A stretch of DNA of 64,000 nucleotides from an uncultured delta proteobacterium (GCA_963711565.1 CAVQEQ010000003.1:640001-704000); one strand, 5' to 3'; positions 49,511-59,843 are shown, counted from the stretch's first letter. The notes: generated from the letters alone by a model not told the origin. Translations and numbers: made by a program.

Positions 49511-51817
49511 CTATGACGCGGCGCGGGCGGGCTCCGGTTCGGCGTTGGTTGACAAAGCCGGGCCTCGCCGGAGGTTTGCGTAGGTTTTGAGTGCGGCGAT
49601 CACGAGCGGCACGACGCCGAGAAAAATGAAGATAAGATCGCCGGGCAGCCGCGCCCATTCGAGCGAGTGCATCAGCGTGCTGTGTCCGAACGCTTCGCTG
49701 CGTGCGTGCCAATAGCCGTTCTGCAGCACGTCATAAAGTTGCAGCACGCCGCCGGGGAACAGATTGGTAACGATCATCAGCAGGAGTCCGAGGTTCAGTC
49801 CTACGAACGAAACCCGGATGTATTTTTCAGTGTCGCGCCAATCCTCGTCGGAAGAGACCTGCCGAAAGGCGAAGACCATCAGCGCCACCGCCAACATTCC
49901 GAACACACCCATGAAGGCGGCGTGCGCGTGATTTGGCGTGAGCATGGTCCCGACCTCGAAGTAGCTCACGATCGGCATATTGATAAGGAAGCCGAACACG
50001 CCGGCGCCGACAAAGTTCCAGACTCCAACCGCCATCAGGAAGTAAAACGTCCATCGATGCGGCACGGAAATATCCTCGCCGCAGGTATCGCATCGCCCCT
50101 GGGTCAGCGCGATGAAATCCCACGCGTCGAGCGTCAGCAGCGTGAGTGGCACGACCTCCATCGCCGAGAACACCGAGCTCAGCGCCATCGCAATCTGCCC
50201 CTGGCCGGTGAAGTACCAATGATGCCCGGTGCCGATGATCCCGGCGCCGAGATAAAGCAGCGCGTCGAGATAGACGACGCGCGCGGCGGTCGTGCTCGAG
50301 ACGATTGCGAGCTGATAGAAAATGATCGCGACCGCGCAGGTGACGAACAACTCGAGAAAGTTTTCGACCCACAGATGGATGATCCAGAATCTCCACAGAT
50401 CGACGATCGTGAAGTTGGTCGCGGTGTTGTAAAAGAACGCGGGCACGTAGAAGACCGGAATCGTGACGGCGGCAGCGATGAAAAGCCATGAAAGCTCGCT
50501 CGATTCGTGGCCGCTAAGCCGCGGCGCGATCGCGCGATAGAGGAGCACAACCCATAGCGCCAAGCCCGCTGCGAGCATCATCTGCCACGCGCGTCCCAGG
50601 TCCAGATACTCCCACCCCTGGTCGCCGAACCAACTCCAGAATCTGCCGAACCATTGATGTACTCCGGCGAATTCGCCGAGCAGGCTGCCGACGACGACCA
50701 GTACCAGCGCCGCGAACAGGACGTTCACCCAGCGCGCCTGCCCGCGCGGCTCCGCGCCACCGATGACCGGCGCGAGGAACAGTCCGCCGGCTACATAGGA
50801 TGCGGCGATCCAGAAGATCGCGAGCTGCAGATGCCAAGTGCGCAGGATCTGGCTGGGCAAAATCGCCGAGAGATTAAATCCATAGAAGCTGCCGGAGTTG
50901 GCGCGGTAGTGCGCCGTGCCGCCACCGACCAGGGCCTGCGCAAGGAACAGCAGCGCAATCACCGCGAAGTACTTGATAGTTGCGCGCTGACTCGGCGTCG
51001 TCACACCGGCGAGCATCTTAGGATGCACATGCCCGCGCTGCCGGCGCCATCCAAGGAAGTCGAAGCGGCCGAATGCGAACAGCACCGCCGCAGTCGCGCC
51101 GAGCAGCGTGATCACGCTGAGCGCGCTCCATAGCACCGCGCCGCTGGTCGGCAGATTGCCCGCCGAGGGATCGTAGGGAAAATTGTTGGTGTACGAGTAG
51201 TTCAGTCCGGGCCGGTTCGCGACCGAAGCCCACGCCGCCCACGCGAAGAACGAGGTCAGCTCGCGCAGTTGAGCGGGATCGCTGATGTAATCGCGCGGAA
51301 GGCCGGCATCCTGCGACGGATTGGTGAAATATGCCGTCCATAAAGCGATCTGATGCTGATAAGAAGCGGCTTCCGCCTCGGTGAACGTGAGAGTCCCGGA
51401 GGCCGGGTCGTAGCGATTGCGCTTGAGCATCCGCGTGACTTCCGCGTTGACGATCAGGCGCCGGTTCGGCGCAATCTGCGCCGGCATCACGAAGCCGTGG
51501 CGTTCGCTGACGGTCTGTTCACTGTCGATTGCGAGCGTGTGCAGATACTGGGCCGAAAAATCGGGGCCGAGATAGGCGCCGTGTCCCCAGATCGTGCCGT
51601 TCTCCATCAAGCCGTAGCGCAGAAAGACCTGTTGACCGGCGGCGACATCGGCGGCGGTGAACAATACCGCTCCGTCGGGGCCGACGACACGTTCAGGAAT
51701 CGGCGGCGCGTCTGAGTAGGTCAGCTTCGCGAGCCATCCGAGCACGCAGAAGCACACAACGATCGTGACAATCGCGCAGCGTCGCCACCAGGGTGAGAGG
51801 GTTTGATCGTCAGGCAT
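49511..51817 (-). CDS. norB: Quinol-dependent nitric oxide reductase (qNOR, NorZ type)
   Basis: GTIWGHGAYLGPD, YTNNFP, RTWHLQ, HLWVENFLE, GTGHHWY, NHAHAA and RLPGD. 768-aa single subunit. Confidence 0.95.
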   Translation of the reverse strand: MPDDQTLSPWWRRCAIVTIVVCFCVLGWLAKLTYSDAPPIPERVVGPDGAVLFTAADVAAGQQVFLRYGLMENGTIWGHGAYLGPDFSAQYLHTLAIDSEQTVSERHGFVMPAQIAPNRRLIVNAEVTRMLKRNRYDPASGTLTFTEAEAASYQHQIALWTAYFTNPSQDAGLPRDYISDPAQLRELTSFFAWAAWASVANRPGLNYSYTNNFPYDPSAGNLPTSGAVLWSALSVITLLGATAAVLFAFGRFDFLGWRRQRGHVHPKMLAGVTTPSQRATIKYFAVIALLFLAQALVGGGTAHYRANSGSFYGFNLSAILPSQILRTWHLQLAIFWIAASYVAGGLFLAPVIGGAEPRGQARWVNVLFAALVLVVVGSLLGEFAGVHQWFGRFWSWFGDQGWEYLDLGRAWQMMLAAGLALWVVLLYRAIAPRLSGHESSELSWLFIAAAVTIPVFYVPAFFYNTATNFTIVDLWRFWIIHLWVENFLELFVTCAVAIIFYQLAIVSSTTAARVVYLDALLYLGAGIIGTGHHWYFTGQGQIAMALSSVFSAMEVVPLTLLTLDAWDFIALTQGRCDTCGEDISVPHRWTFYFLMAVGVWNFVGAGVFGFLINMPIVSYFEVGTMLTPNHAHAAFMGVFGMLAVALMVFAFRQVSSDEDWRDTEKYIRVSFVGLNLGLLLMIVTNLFPGGVLQLYDVLQNGYWHARSEAFGHSTLMHSLEWARLPGDLIFIFLGVVPLVIAALKTYANLRRGPALSTNAEPEPARAAS

Positions 51818-51980
51818 TGCGACTCCTTGTTCTGCGGTGAGTTCGAGAGACCGAACACCTTCGCCTTCGCGCGATAAAGCAGGTCGATGCCGTTCGGAAC
51901 TATGTAATCTAAAATCGCAAGTTTCAATCGCTCGGACGAATGTCTAAACTTGGTTGCTGCATTCGGTCCGGATCGAAACA

Positions 51981-53171
51981 ATGAGACTGGCAATTCCAGG
52001 GTTTGCGATTATCGATCGCTACGTCGCGCGCGAAGTGCTCGCGCCGTTCGCGGTTGACGTCGGCCTGCTGACCTTCGCGCTGGTCACCGGCAAATTGCTC
52101 AAGCTGATGGACATGGTCGTCAATCACGGCGTCAGCCTCGGCGAGGTCTGCGGGATAATCGGGTACATCATGCCGGCCTTTCTTGAGCTGACGTTTCCGA
52201 TGGCGGTGCTGCTCGGCGTGTTGATGGGCTTCGGGCGGATGTCGAGCGACCAGGAGATGACCGCGGCGCGCGCCTGCGGCATCAGCCTGTACCGGCTGGC
52301 GGTGCCGGTGATGATCGTGGCGCTGGGGGTGTACGCGATTTCGAGCTACTTCGCGTTCTCGCTGCGGCCGTGGGCGAATTCCAATCTGCGCAACAAGCTC
52401 TACGAGCTCAGCCAGACCCGCACGAGCGCCGGGTTGAAGGAAAAAATCTTCAACAGCAATTTTCCCGGCCTGGTCGTTTACGTTAACGAGATGTCCGACA
52501 CCGACTCGAGCATGAAGGGCGTCATGATCTCGGACGCGCGCGATCCGCATAACCAGAACACGATAATCGCCAAGCGCGGAGCGATGATCCCCGATACGAA
52601 GAACAAGTCGATCACGCTGCGGCTGTTCGACGGCTCGATTTTCGGGGTCGAGCCGCAGGACAACTCGACACACGTCACCAGCTTCAAGACCTACGACCTC
52701 AGCGTCAATTCCGAGGAGTCGCTCGGCGTCGCCGACGTGGAGCCGGACGAAATGACGTACGCGGTCCTGCGCGCCGATATCGCAGCCGCGCGCGCCAAAG
52801 GCAAGCCGGACTACGACGCCGAGACCGAGATGGCGAGCAAGTTTACCGTCCCGTTCGCGACGATGCTGTTCGCGCTGCTCGGTATCTCGCTCGGCTTGAA
52901 GCCGGCGCGCGGCGGGCATTCGGAGCGCTTCGGCGTGAGCGTCGCGCTGTTCTTTCTTTATTATTCGCTGATGCGCGTGGGCGAGACGTTGGCGCAGCGC
53001 GGACGGCTCAACTCTTGGATCGCGATGAGTATCCCGGACATCGTGTTCATGGCGCTGGCGTTCTGGTTCTTCTATCGCGCGGCGTCCGACAGGGCTGACC
53101 AGGGGCGCGGCCCCGGCGACATCATCTGGGACCTGGTCGAGCGTTACGAACGCAGCAGGCAGGCAGCATGA
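51981..53171 (+). CDS. lptF: LPS export ABC permease LptF
   Basis: IIDRYVAREV and GRMSSDQEMTAARACGIS, 3+3 TM layout, paired with lptG. Confidence 0.9.
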   Translation: MRLAIPGFAIIDRYVAREVLAPFAVDVGLLTFALVTGKLLKLMDMVVNHGVSLGEVCGIIGYIMPAFLELTFPMAVLLGVLMGFGRMSSDQEMTAARACGISLYRLAVPVMIVALGVYAISSYFAFSLRPWANSNLRNKLYELSQTRTSAGLKEKIFNSNFPGLVVYVNEMSDTDSSMKGVMISDARDPHNQNTIIAKRGAMIPDTKNKSITLRLFDGSIFGVEPQDNSTHVTSFKTYDLSVNSEESLGVADVEPDEMTYAVLRADIAAARAKGKPDYDAETEMASKFTVPFATMLFALLGISLGLKPARGGHSERFGVSVALFFLYYSLMRVGETLAQRGRLNSWIAMSIPDIVFMALAFWFFYRAASDRADQGRGPGDIIWDLVERYERSRQAA

Positions 53172-54268
53172 GACTTCGACCGCGCCTGTCGCCGGTGATG
53201 GATCGCTTTATCGCGGGCCAGTTCTTCGGCCCGTTCATGGTCTGCCTGGCGGCGTTCACGGCGGCCTATCTGCTCGGCGATATGTTCGATCGGTTCGACG
53301 ATTTGATCCGCTACGGCGGGCTAGGACTGTTGGGCCTCGAGTACTTCGCGCTCAAGCTGCCGCTGATCGTCTCGCAGGTGCTGCCGGTGGCGTGCCTGGC
53401 CGGCGTGCTGCTCGGCTTCGCGCTGCTCAATCGATCGGGCGAGGTGCTCGCATGCCAGCAACTCGGTATCAGCCGGCTCGAGATGGCGGTGCCGGTGCTG
53501 CTGGTCGCGATTTTGATTTCGGGTTTCGATTTCCTGATCAGCGAGACCGTGGTGCCCGCGGCGACGCGCCAAGCGAAGTACATCTACTCGGTGGAACTCA
53601 AGAAACGTCAGCTCAGGGCGATGTTCGCCAACCGGCGCATCTGGGTGCGCGTGCGCGACGGCTTCGTTTCAGTCGACAGCTTCGACAAGAAGCAGGAGCT
53701 GCTGACGGGAATAACCCACTACCAACTCGATGGCGCGTTCGGGCTTAAAGCCCTCGAACATGCGGCGAGCGCACGATGGGACGGTCACAATTGGGTCGAG
53801 GTGGGGGAGAATTCCTACCAGGTCGCCGAGGGCGGCGTCGTGACCAAAACCGGCGCCACGCAACTCGAGCTCGGATTGACGCCCGCCGATTTCGGCCTGC
53901 TGCGCTTCGACCCCGAGGAGTTCAGCCTGTGGGAGCTCGACCGCTATATCGCGGACCTGCGCAGCAAGGGGCTGGACCCCGGCGGCTACGTCGTCGATCG
54001 CGATTTGAAATACGCGATGCCGCTGGCGTGCGTGATAATGGTCGCGCTTGGGATGGCGCTCAGCCTCGATCCGCTGCCACGTAACATGAGTCTCGGCCGC
54101 AGCTTCGGGCTGGCAATCGTGATCGGCTTCGCCTATTGGACCGCGTTGGGAATCACCTCGGCGCTGGGCCGTTCAGCTCTGCTGCCGGCGGTGGTCGCCG
54201 CGTGGATTCCGAACTTCATGTTCGCGATGATCGCGATCGCAATCTTCCTGTTCGGCGAAGAACGCTGA
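53168..54268 (+). CDS. lptG: LPS export ABC permease LptG
   Basis: LNRSGEVLA..LGIS and AAWIPN. Translationally coupled to lptF. Confidence 0.9.
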   Translation: MRLRPRLSPVMDRFIAGQFFGPFMVCLAAFTAAYLLGDMFDRFDDLIRYGGLGLLGLEYFALKLPLIVSQVLPVACLAGVLLGFALLNRSGEVLACQQLGISRLEMAVPVLLVAILISGFDFLISETVVPAATRQAKYIYSVELKKRQLRAMFANRRIWVRVRDGFVSVDSFDKKQELLTGITHYQLDGAFGLKALEHAASARWDGHNWVEVGENSYQVAEGGVVTKTGATQLELGLTPADFGLLRFDPEEFSLWELDRYIADLRSKGLDPGGYVVDRDLKYAMPLACVIMVALGMALSLDPLPRNMSLGRSFGLAIVIGFAYWTALGITSALGRSALLPAVVAAWIPNFMFAMIAIAIFLFGEER

Positions 54269-54294
54269 CGACAGACATCTGCCCCTCGCGACGC

Positions 54295-55179
54295 TCAGTT
54301 GTGCGTATAGGTCATCGAGAATCCGACGTTCACGGTATTCGTTGGCACGAGAGTCGGATCGGCGTACGCGATTACAGTTGCATATGCGCCGGCGGGAACG
54401 CCCGTGTTGCTCCCAGTGGCACTGCATTGCACCGCCGAGTCGGCAATCGAGCACAGGCTGGCGCAGCTGAGCAGACTCAAATCGGGATTGAAGACGCATA
54501 TCTCGAAATCATAGGCTCCGCCCAATCCCGGGTTGGAACTGATCAGTGCCTGAAAATGTCCCAACACGCCGCCCGCGTTGCCAAAAAGGCCGCCAAGCAG
54601 CGGCGTCAACGCAATGTTCAGAGGTTTTGCCGGTGGTGGCGAGAGGGGAGTAGCAGCGGCAAATGATACGCCTCCGAATGGCATATAAAGCCCGTTGGTG
54701 GGGAGCGTGTTGAGGGGGGTCAACTGAGCGACTTGAAATTCGGCAACCTTTGAGCCCTGTGTGCCTCCCGTAAGCATCACCGCGTTAACGGTATTGAGTC
54801 CGTTGATACCAGAAGCCCCCGCCACGCCCATTGATCCCGGGGCCCCCGTCGGTCCGACTGGGCCGCGAATTCCCTGCGGTCCCTGTGGCCCTGTCACTCC
54901 CCCCAAACCTACAGTTCCGACATCGCCATTTGGACCTTGCGGTCCCTGCGGCCCGGTCGGTCCTGTCGGTCCCGTAGCTCCTGCCGGTCCGATATTCACC
55001 CAAGTCAGCGAGGTCTGATCCGGCTCGCAGGCCGTGTTAATGCCCTTTATGAGACCCTTTTTGGTGACGCAAATCGAGGTCGTCTGCGCGCGCGCGCCTG
55101 ACGGGAAGACGAGCGCAATGATTGCACTCGCCGCCATCGCTCCCAGCCATATCAGTGCCTTGCTCTTACAATAACTCAT
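54295..55179 (-). CDS. Secreted collagen-like protein (22 Gly-X-Y triplets)
   Basis: AGGAGG RBS before ATG at 55179. Signal peptide, Cys-pair N-domain, uninterrupted GXY and Cys-rich C-domain. Confidence 0.9.
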   Translation of the reverse strand: MSYCKSKALIWLGAMAASAIIALVFPSGARAQTTSICVTKKGLIKGINTACEPDQTSLTWVNIGPAGATGPTGPTGPQGPQGPNGDVGTVGLGGVTGPQGPQGIRGPVGPTGAPGSMGVAGASGINGLNTVNAVMLTGGTQGSKVAEFQVAQLTPLNTLPTNGLYMPFGGVSFAAATPLSPPPAKPLNIALTPLLGGLFGNAGGVLGHFQALISSNPGLGGAYDFEICVFNPDLSLLSCASLCSIADSAVQCSATGSNTGVPAGAYATVIAYADPTLVPTNTVNVGFSMTYTHN

Positions 55180-55259
55180 GCCCAAGGTCCTCCTGCGGTT
55201 GCGCCTCGGGTTTGCGAACTGCACGTCGAGTCGATCGCCTTGAGCATCCATCGCTGCCC

Positions 55260-56078
55260 TCACTGCATGGCCAGATTGAGCGACCAGGTGACCTGCGCCA
55301 AACCGTCCCCCGATGTATCTGTAGTGGAGGTTTGTATCGTCACTCTGTCACCCTGGTTGATCTGAATGACGTCCTCTATGTCCTCGCAGGCAAAATCGCC
55401 CGCTGCAATTGTGCATGTCACGGGCGTGCCACCTGCGGGGCAAACGTCGTTGACACACACGTCAAAAGTGTCGGTCTGACCCGCAGGCGGCGGGTTATCG
55501 ACAAGGATTGCCAGGTTCGTGAGCGATCCGGCGGGCAGGGGGGTACTTTCCGAAGCGAGTGAATTTGTATCCGAGACAGAGCATGAATTGCTGGGGCCCA
55601 GATAGCCGTTAAAGAACGGCATCACACACCAGGCCCCCGTTATGTACGTGGCATAACTGCTTCCGGTAAGCGTAGCGAGATTGTCGCCTGTGGTGCCGAC
55701 GGTGCCTGGAGTCCCAGGCGTGCCCGAGGCGCCGACCGGGCCTTGCGGACCTTGACGGCCCTGCAACCCTGTCGGTCCGGTCATACCAATCGCACCTTGG
55801 GGACCTTGCGGACCCAGCGGACCCTGCGCACCCGTCGGACCTTGCACACCCTGCACTCCGATCGGGCCGGAGGGTCCGGTCGGTCCCTGGATGTTCCATG
55901 TCAGGTTGACCTCCAGGAATTTGCAGGGAACGTTGATGCCGGAGATTTTTCCCTTCCGGCTCACGCAAATCTCGATTGGTTGTGACTGGGCGCTTACCCT
56001 CGAGGCCATCGCCATCGAGGTCGCGGCAGCGAAAATCGCAAGGAGCACCGGCCGCGATTGCCTAATCAATGCGAGCAT
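55260..56078 (-). CDS. Secreted collagen-like protein (23 Gly-X-Y triplets)
   Basis: GGAGG RBS before ATG at 56078. Same architecture as its neighbours. Confidence 0.9.
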   Translation of the reverse strand: MLALIRQSRPVLLAIFAAATSMAMASRVSAQSQPIEICVSRKGKISGINVPCKFLEVNLTWNIQGPTGPSGPIGVQGVQGPTGAQGPLGPQGPQGAIGMTGPTGLQGRQGPQGPVGASGTPGTPGTVGTTGDNLATLTGSSYATYITGAWCVMPFFNGYLGPSNSCSVSDTNSLASESTPLPAGSLTNLAILVDNPPPAGQTDTFDVCVNDVCPAGGTPVTCTIAAGDFACEDIEDVIQINQGDRVTIQTSTTDTSGDGLAQVTWSLNLAMQ

Positions 56079-56145
56079 CGTGGTCCCCTCCCGTTCGTTA
56101 GGCATTCGAATTGATCCTTCAGAGCCTTCGCCAGTTCCTCGTCGA

Positions 56146-56979
56146 TCACGGGCTCGACTGGGTAACGGTGTGTTCGAGCGAGTAGGTAACGTCGGTAGAA
56201 TTCGTGCCGGTGGTGGCACGCCCGACGATGGCGACCCGGTCGCCGTCATTCACGCTCACGTTGTCGATTGTGTCGTTGCAACTGGTGGTCGGATCGTTGA
56301 TGGTGCATGTCAGCGGCGTTGAGCAGTTTTCATTCACGCAGAGAACGAACACGTAAGAGCCCGTGGTGTCGCTGGGGCTGCCGGGATTCATGTCGGTTTG
56401 GACCAGCAACTCGCTGAGCGTTCCCGCCGACACCGGCACTTCGACGTTGGCGAGCGTGGTATCGGCGCCATTGCCGGGACCCATGTACAAGGTCTTGTTC
56501 CCGGGACTGCCCATGCCGCCAAGCACCAGGTTGAAAGCGAACCCCACGTCCTCGCCCGACGTTCCTCCAGCGATTATCTGAGTGTTAGTCCCATTGAGGC
56601 CGGCAGCTCCCAAAGCGCCCGTCGGACCCTGAACTCCCATCGGTCCCTGTACGCCAGTCAGACCCTGCGGTCCCTGCGAGCCGGCAGGTCCGACAAAACC
56701 TTGCGCTCCCGCCGGTCCGGTCGGTCCGATACTTCCCACGGCACCGATAGGTCCCTGCAATCCAATGGGGCCGGTCGGGCCCTGGACTCCAGCAGCATTC
56801 CAGGTGAGCGTCACCTGCGGCTTGGTGCAGGCGATGTCGATGCCTTTGATTCTGCCTTGCCGATTGACGCAGAGGGTGATGGTTTGGCCGGAGCTTGACG
56901 GTACGACAGCCGCGAGCATCGCGATACCTGCCGCGGCCGAAAGAGCAACCCGCAGTCCACGGCGTACTAAAGACTGCAT
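56146..56979 (-). CDS. Secreted collagen-like protein (23 Gly-X-Y triplets)
   Basis: GGAGG RBS. Same architecture as its neighbours. Confidence 0.9.
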   Translation of the reverse strand: MQSLVRRGLRVALSAAAGIAMLAAVVPSSSGQTITLCVNRQGRIKGIDIACTKPQVTLTWNAAGVQGPTGPIGLQGPIGAVGSIGPTGPAGAQGFVGPAGSQGPQGLTGVQGPMGVQGPTGALGAAGLNGTNTQIIAGGTSGEDVGFAFNLVLGGMGSPGNKTLYMGPGNGADTTLANVEVPVSAGTLSELLVQTDMNPGSPSDTTGSYVFVLCVNENCSTPLTCTINDPTTSCNDTIDNVSVNDGDRVAIVGRATTGTNSTDVTYSLEHTVTQSSP

Positions 56980-57181
56980 CTTTCCCCTCCCCGAAAGTAC
57001 TTACCCCGCCAGGCCGCGCAGCCGGCTCTCGGATGCGTCACCTTCGTTCGCACTTCCTGCGCACGGGAGTACATCGGGCACAGAGTTGCGTCAATCAGTA
57101 AGCGTCCGAAACGTAGCAAGAGCACAAACTTTTAGAGTCAATTATGAACTTTGGCCTAGCGACCGATTTGGTGCACAACCG

Positions 57182-59116
57182 TTACTTCCGCACGCCGCGC
57201 CTTACCGTCCTTGTCGGCGGATCGATCTGATTGCCGACGATCGCATTGGTGATGTCGAAGCATCCGGCGTCGCCGTCCGGGTTCCTGAGTATCAGCGCGA
57301 ACGGCCCATCACCAAGCGGCGTCAAGTCGACACCTGTGAACTCAAGGTTGATCGTCCATTCCCCACACGCCGGTGCCGCCGGCGTCGGCAGCTCGACCAT
57401 CCTGACCGTGAGGTTCTCGGGTGGATCTATAGAGGACAGAGTTCCATAGATCTGGTGATTGACCGTCTGTACCGCCCAGGAATTCAGAAAAAACCCTATT
57501 GCGTCAGGGCCAGACGCGGCACAACTGCCCGGCTCAATAGCTACATCGATGCCATTGAACGGATCATCGCCCGCGTCGCAGGCCGGGAAGCCAAGCTCGG
57601 TGAAGGTAAACGACGTGTTGAGCAGATTTCCGGATGGAGTACTCGAATGGACTATCTGCAGCCTCTCGCCGCTCGCTGAGATCACAATCGGCGTCGTTTG
57701 CAACTCGAATGCACCGGCGTCGCAGAAGTTGGGATTGCCGGGGTCTGGGCGCGGGAAGCCGCGCTGGTCGGTCGTCAGCTGCATCGGCGGCGATTCCTGG
57801 TCGGTGCAATCGAGGACCGGAATAAAATGGACAGCTTCGCTATCGTCTTCGAGCGCGATGGTCTGGGTCGGTCCGCCGTTGTTCTGCAAGCCCGCCGGGT
57901 CCAGATTCAGAGTCGTGCTGCCATTGATGCTCTTACCGCTGGGCGCCTCGGTGAAGTCGCACGAGGCGTCATCGGAGATGTTGTAGTCCGCGTCGCCAAT
58001 CGGGCCATCGCAGTTCCCGCCGTCTGGTTCGGCGGCCAGAATCGTGCCCTTGAGCGTTGCAGTAGCGCCGTTTCTAATGCCGCCGCCGCCAGTACCCGCG
58101 CTGTTGCCGGAGAACGTGCTGTTGGTGACCGTCAGCTTGTCGAAGTTCGCAATACCGCCGCCGATGTCGCCAGCGCCGTTGCCGGAGAAGGTGCTGTTGG
58201 TGACCGTCAGCGCGCCGTCCTCGTTCGCGATGCCGCCGCCTTGGCTCGCGCTGTTGTCTGAGAACGTGCTGTTGGTGACCGTCAGCTTGTCGAAGTTCCC
58301 GATGCCGCCGCCAACGTCGCCAACGCCGTTGCCGGAGAAGGTGCTGTTGGTGACCGTCAGCGCGCCGTCGTTGTCGATGCCGCCGCCTTCGTTCGCGGTG
58401 TTGCCGGAGAAGGTGCTGTTGGTGACCGTCAGCGTGCCGCCGAAGTTCTCGATGCCGCCGCCGCCGCCGTGAGCGCTGTTGCCGGAGAACGTGCTGTTGG
58501 TGACCGTCAGCGTGCCTACGTTCTCGATGCCGCCGCCCTCACCGGCCAACACACTGTTGCCGGAGAAGGTGCTGTTGGTGACCATCAGCGTGCCGCTGTT
58601 GTAAATGCCGCCGCCGTTCTCGTCAGAGGTGCGGTTGTCGAAGAACGTGCAGTTGGTGACGGTCAGCGTACTGGTGTTCTCAATGCCGCCGCCGTTGCCG
58701 CCGGGGAATGAGCCGTCGGCAATGGTCAAATTCTGCAAGAGCGTGGCACCCCCGCCCACCTCCATAACTTGCACGTTGCCCCCGCCGCTGATCGTGATGC
58801 CCGGCGCGCCGGTCGGCCCGGTGATGGTCAAGTTGCTATCGGTAATCGTAGGCAGGGTGCTCTCCAGCGTGATCGTGCCGGTGAGGCCGGGCTCAAACAC
58901 GATGCTGTCGGTCCCGCTGCCGGCCGCGCACCCATTGGTTGCCGTCATGCTGTTAGCCGCGGTGATCGCGTCGCGCAGGATGCAGATGCTTGTAGCGCCG
59001 ATATCGCTCAGGCTTGTCACCGTGATGGTGTTAGCGCGCGCCATCCCCGACATCACCAGAAACAAAACCGGCAGCGCAACTGCTGCGGGCGCAATGCGTC
59101 GAATTCGATCTGCCAT
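57182..59116 (-). CDS. Secreted beta-helix repeat surface protein (CSLREA-like N-terminus, GGGI/FxxN repeats, choice-of-anchor-Q-like domain)
   Basis: Signal peptide, CILRDAITAAN, about 8-9 GGGIxN..LTVTNSTFSGN repeats, and LQNNGGPTQTIAL...TDQRGFPR...CDAGAFE. Confidence 0.85.
   Translation of the reverse strand: MADRIRRIAPAAVALPVLFLVMSGMARANTITVTSLSDIGATSICILRDAITAANSMTATNGCAAGSGTDSIVFEPGLTGTITLESTLPTITDSNLTITGPTGAPGITISGGGNVQVMEVGGGATLLQNLTIADGSFPGGNGGGIENTSTLTVTNCTFFDNRTSDENGGGIYNSGTLMVTNSTFSGNSVLAGEGGGIENVGTLTVTNSTFSGNSAHGGGGGIENFGGTLTVTNSTFSGNTANEGGGIDNDGALTVTNSTFSGNGVGDVGGGIGNFDKLTVTNSTFSDNSASQGGGIANEDGALTVTNSTFSGNGAGDIGGGIANFDKLTVTNSTFSGNSAGTGGGGIRNGATATLKGTILAAEPDGGNCDGPIGDADYNISDDASCDFTEAPSGKSINGSTTLNLDPAGLQNNGGPTQTIALEDDSEAVHFIPVLDCTDQESPPMQLTTDQRGFPRPDPGNPNFCDAGAFELQTTPIVISASGERLQIVHSSTPSGNLLNTSFTFTELGFPACDAGDDPFNGIDVAIEPGSCAASGPDAIGFFLNSWAVQTVNHQIYGTLSSIDPPENLTVRMVELPTPAAPACGEWTINLEFTGVDLTPLGDGPFALILRNPDGDAGCFDITNAIVGNQIDPPTRTVRRGVRK
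58075..58700. repeat. Coding tandem repeats (about 70-75 nt period)
   Basis: Recurring GTTGCCGGAGAA(G/C)GTGCTGTTGGTGACCGTCAGC, encoding beta-helix rungs. Confidence 0.85.
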
Positions 59117-59276
59117 GGACCCCTCCCCGCGGCGCCATTCGGCCGCATCGGCAAATTTCGGCTAGTAAGCCGACTTTAGAGCGTTCGGCACAATCTCGCA
59201 TCACGTCAAGCTACTGTCAATTTATAAAAATCGACAAAATGGCAGGATGTACGCGGAACTGCGCTGAGGCGAAGTG

Positions 59277-59843
59277 TCAGGCGCGGATGCGGGCCACGCG
59301 GGCGCGGGCGACGATTTCCTCGACGACTGCGGTCTTGGCGTCGGCGTAGTTCTGCACGTATTTCCAGGTCTGATTCGCCAAGCCGCGCTTGGTGCGCTCG
59401 TAAAGCTCGCGGTCCGCATCGTTGGTCCGCAGCCAGTCGCGGAACATCAGCATCTTGTCTATCTCGGGGCATCCGAACGAGTAGACGTGGAGATTGATGT
59501 CGGCGTCGGGACCCTTGAACAGCCGATGCTGATGCCAATCCGGCTCGCGGATGTGGAGCACATATCCCGCCGATTCCATCGCGGGGACGTATGCCGGCTC
59601 GTCGGCGGAATCTGCGACGGCGAGAATCATGTCGACGATAGGCTTGGCGGCGAGCCCGGGCACCGAAGTCGAGCCGACGTGCTCGAGCATCAGGGCGCGT
59701 CAACCAAGCGTCGCGCGGACGCGATCGGCCTCGCGGATGAAGGTCGCAGGCCGTTCGGCGCTGTACGCGATCAGCCGAATCGGAGCGTTATGCGGACGCT
59801 GCCCGCCAATGTGCACGGCCTGGATCTGTTCTTCAGTAGCCAT
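59277..59843 (-). pseudogene. GrpB-family (UPF0157) gene with an in-frame TGA at 59700-59702 (real nonsense mutation or sequence error)
   Basis: MATEEQ...RATLG*RALMLEHVGSTSVPGLAAKPIVD...FRDWLR...Y...K. Both track ORFs share one frame. Confidence 0.8.

Noticed and set aside
49511-51817. NO dismutase (Nod) assignment
   Set aside because: The metal-ligand histidines, the catalytic Glu and the quinol-site His/Asp are retained, consistent with an ordinary qNOR.
58075-58700. Regularly spaced near-identical DNA repeats resembling a CRISPR array
   Set aside because: They are in-frame coding repeats of a beta-helix protein. The spacers are homologous to each other and no cas genes are nearby.
59700-59702. 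In-frame TGA read as selenocysteine
   Set aside because: The position is a non-catalytic, non-Cys residue in GrpB proteins. A nonsense change or sequence error is simpler.
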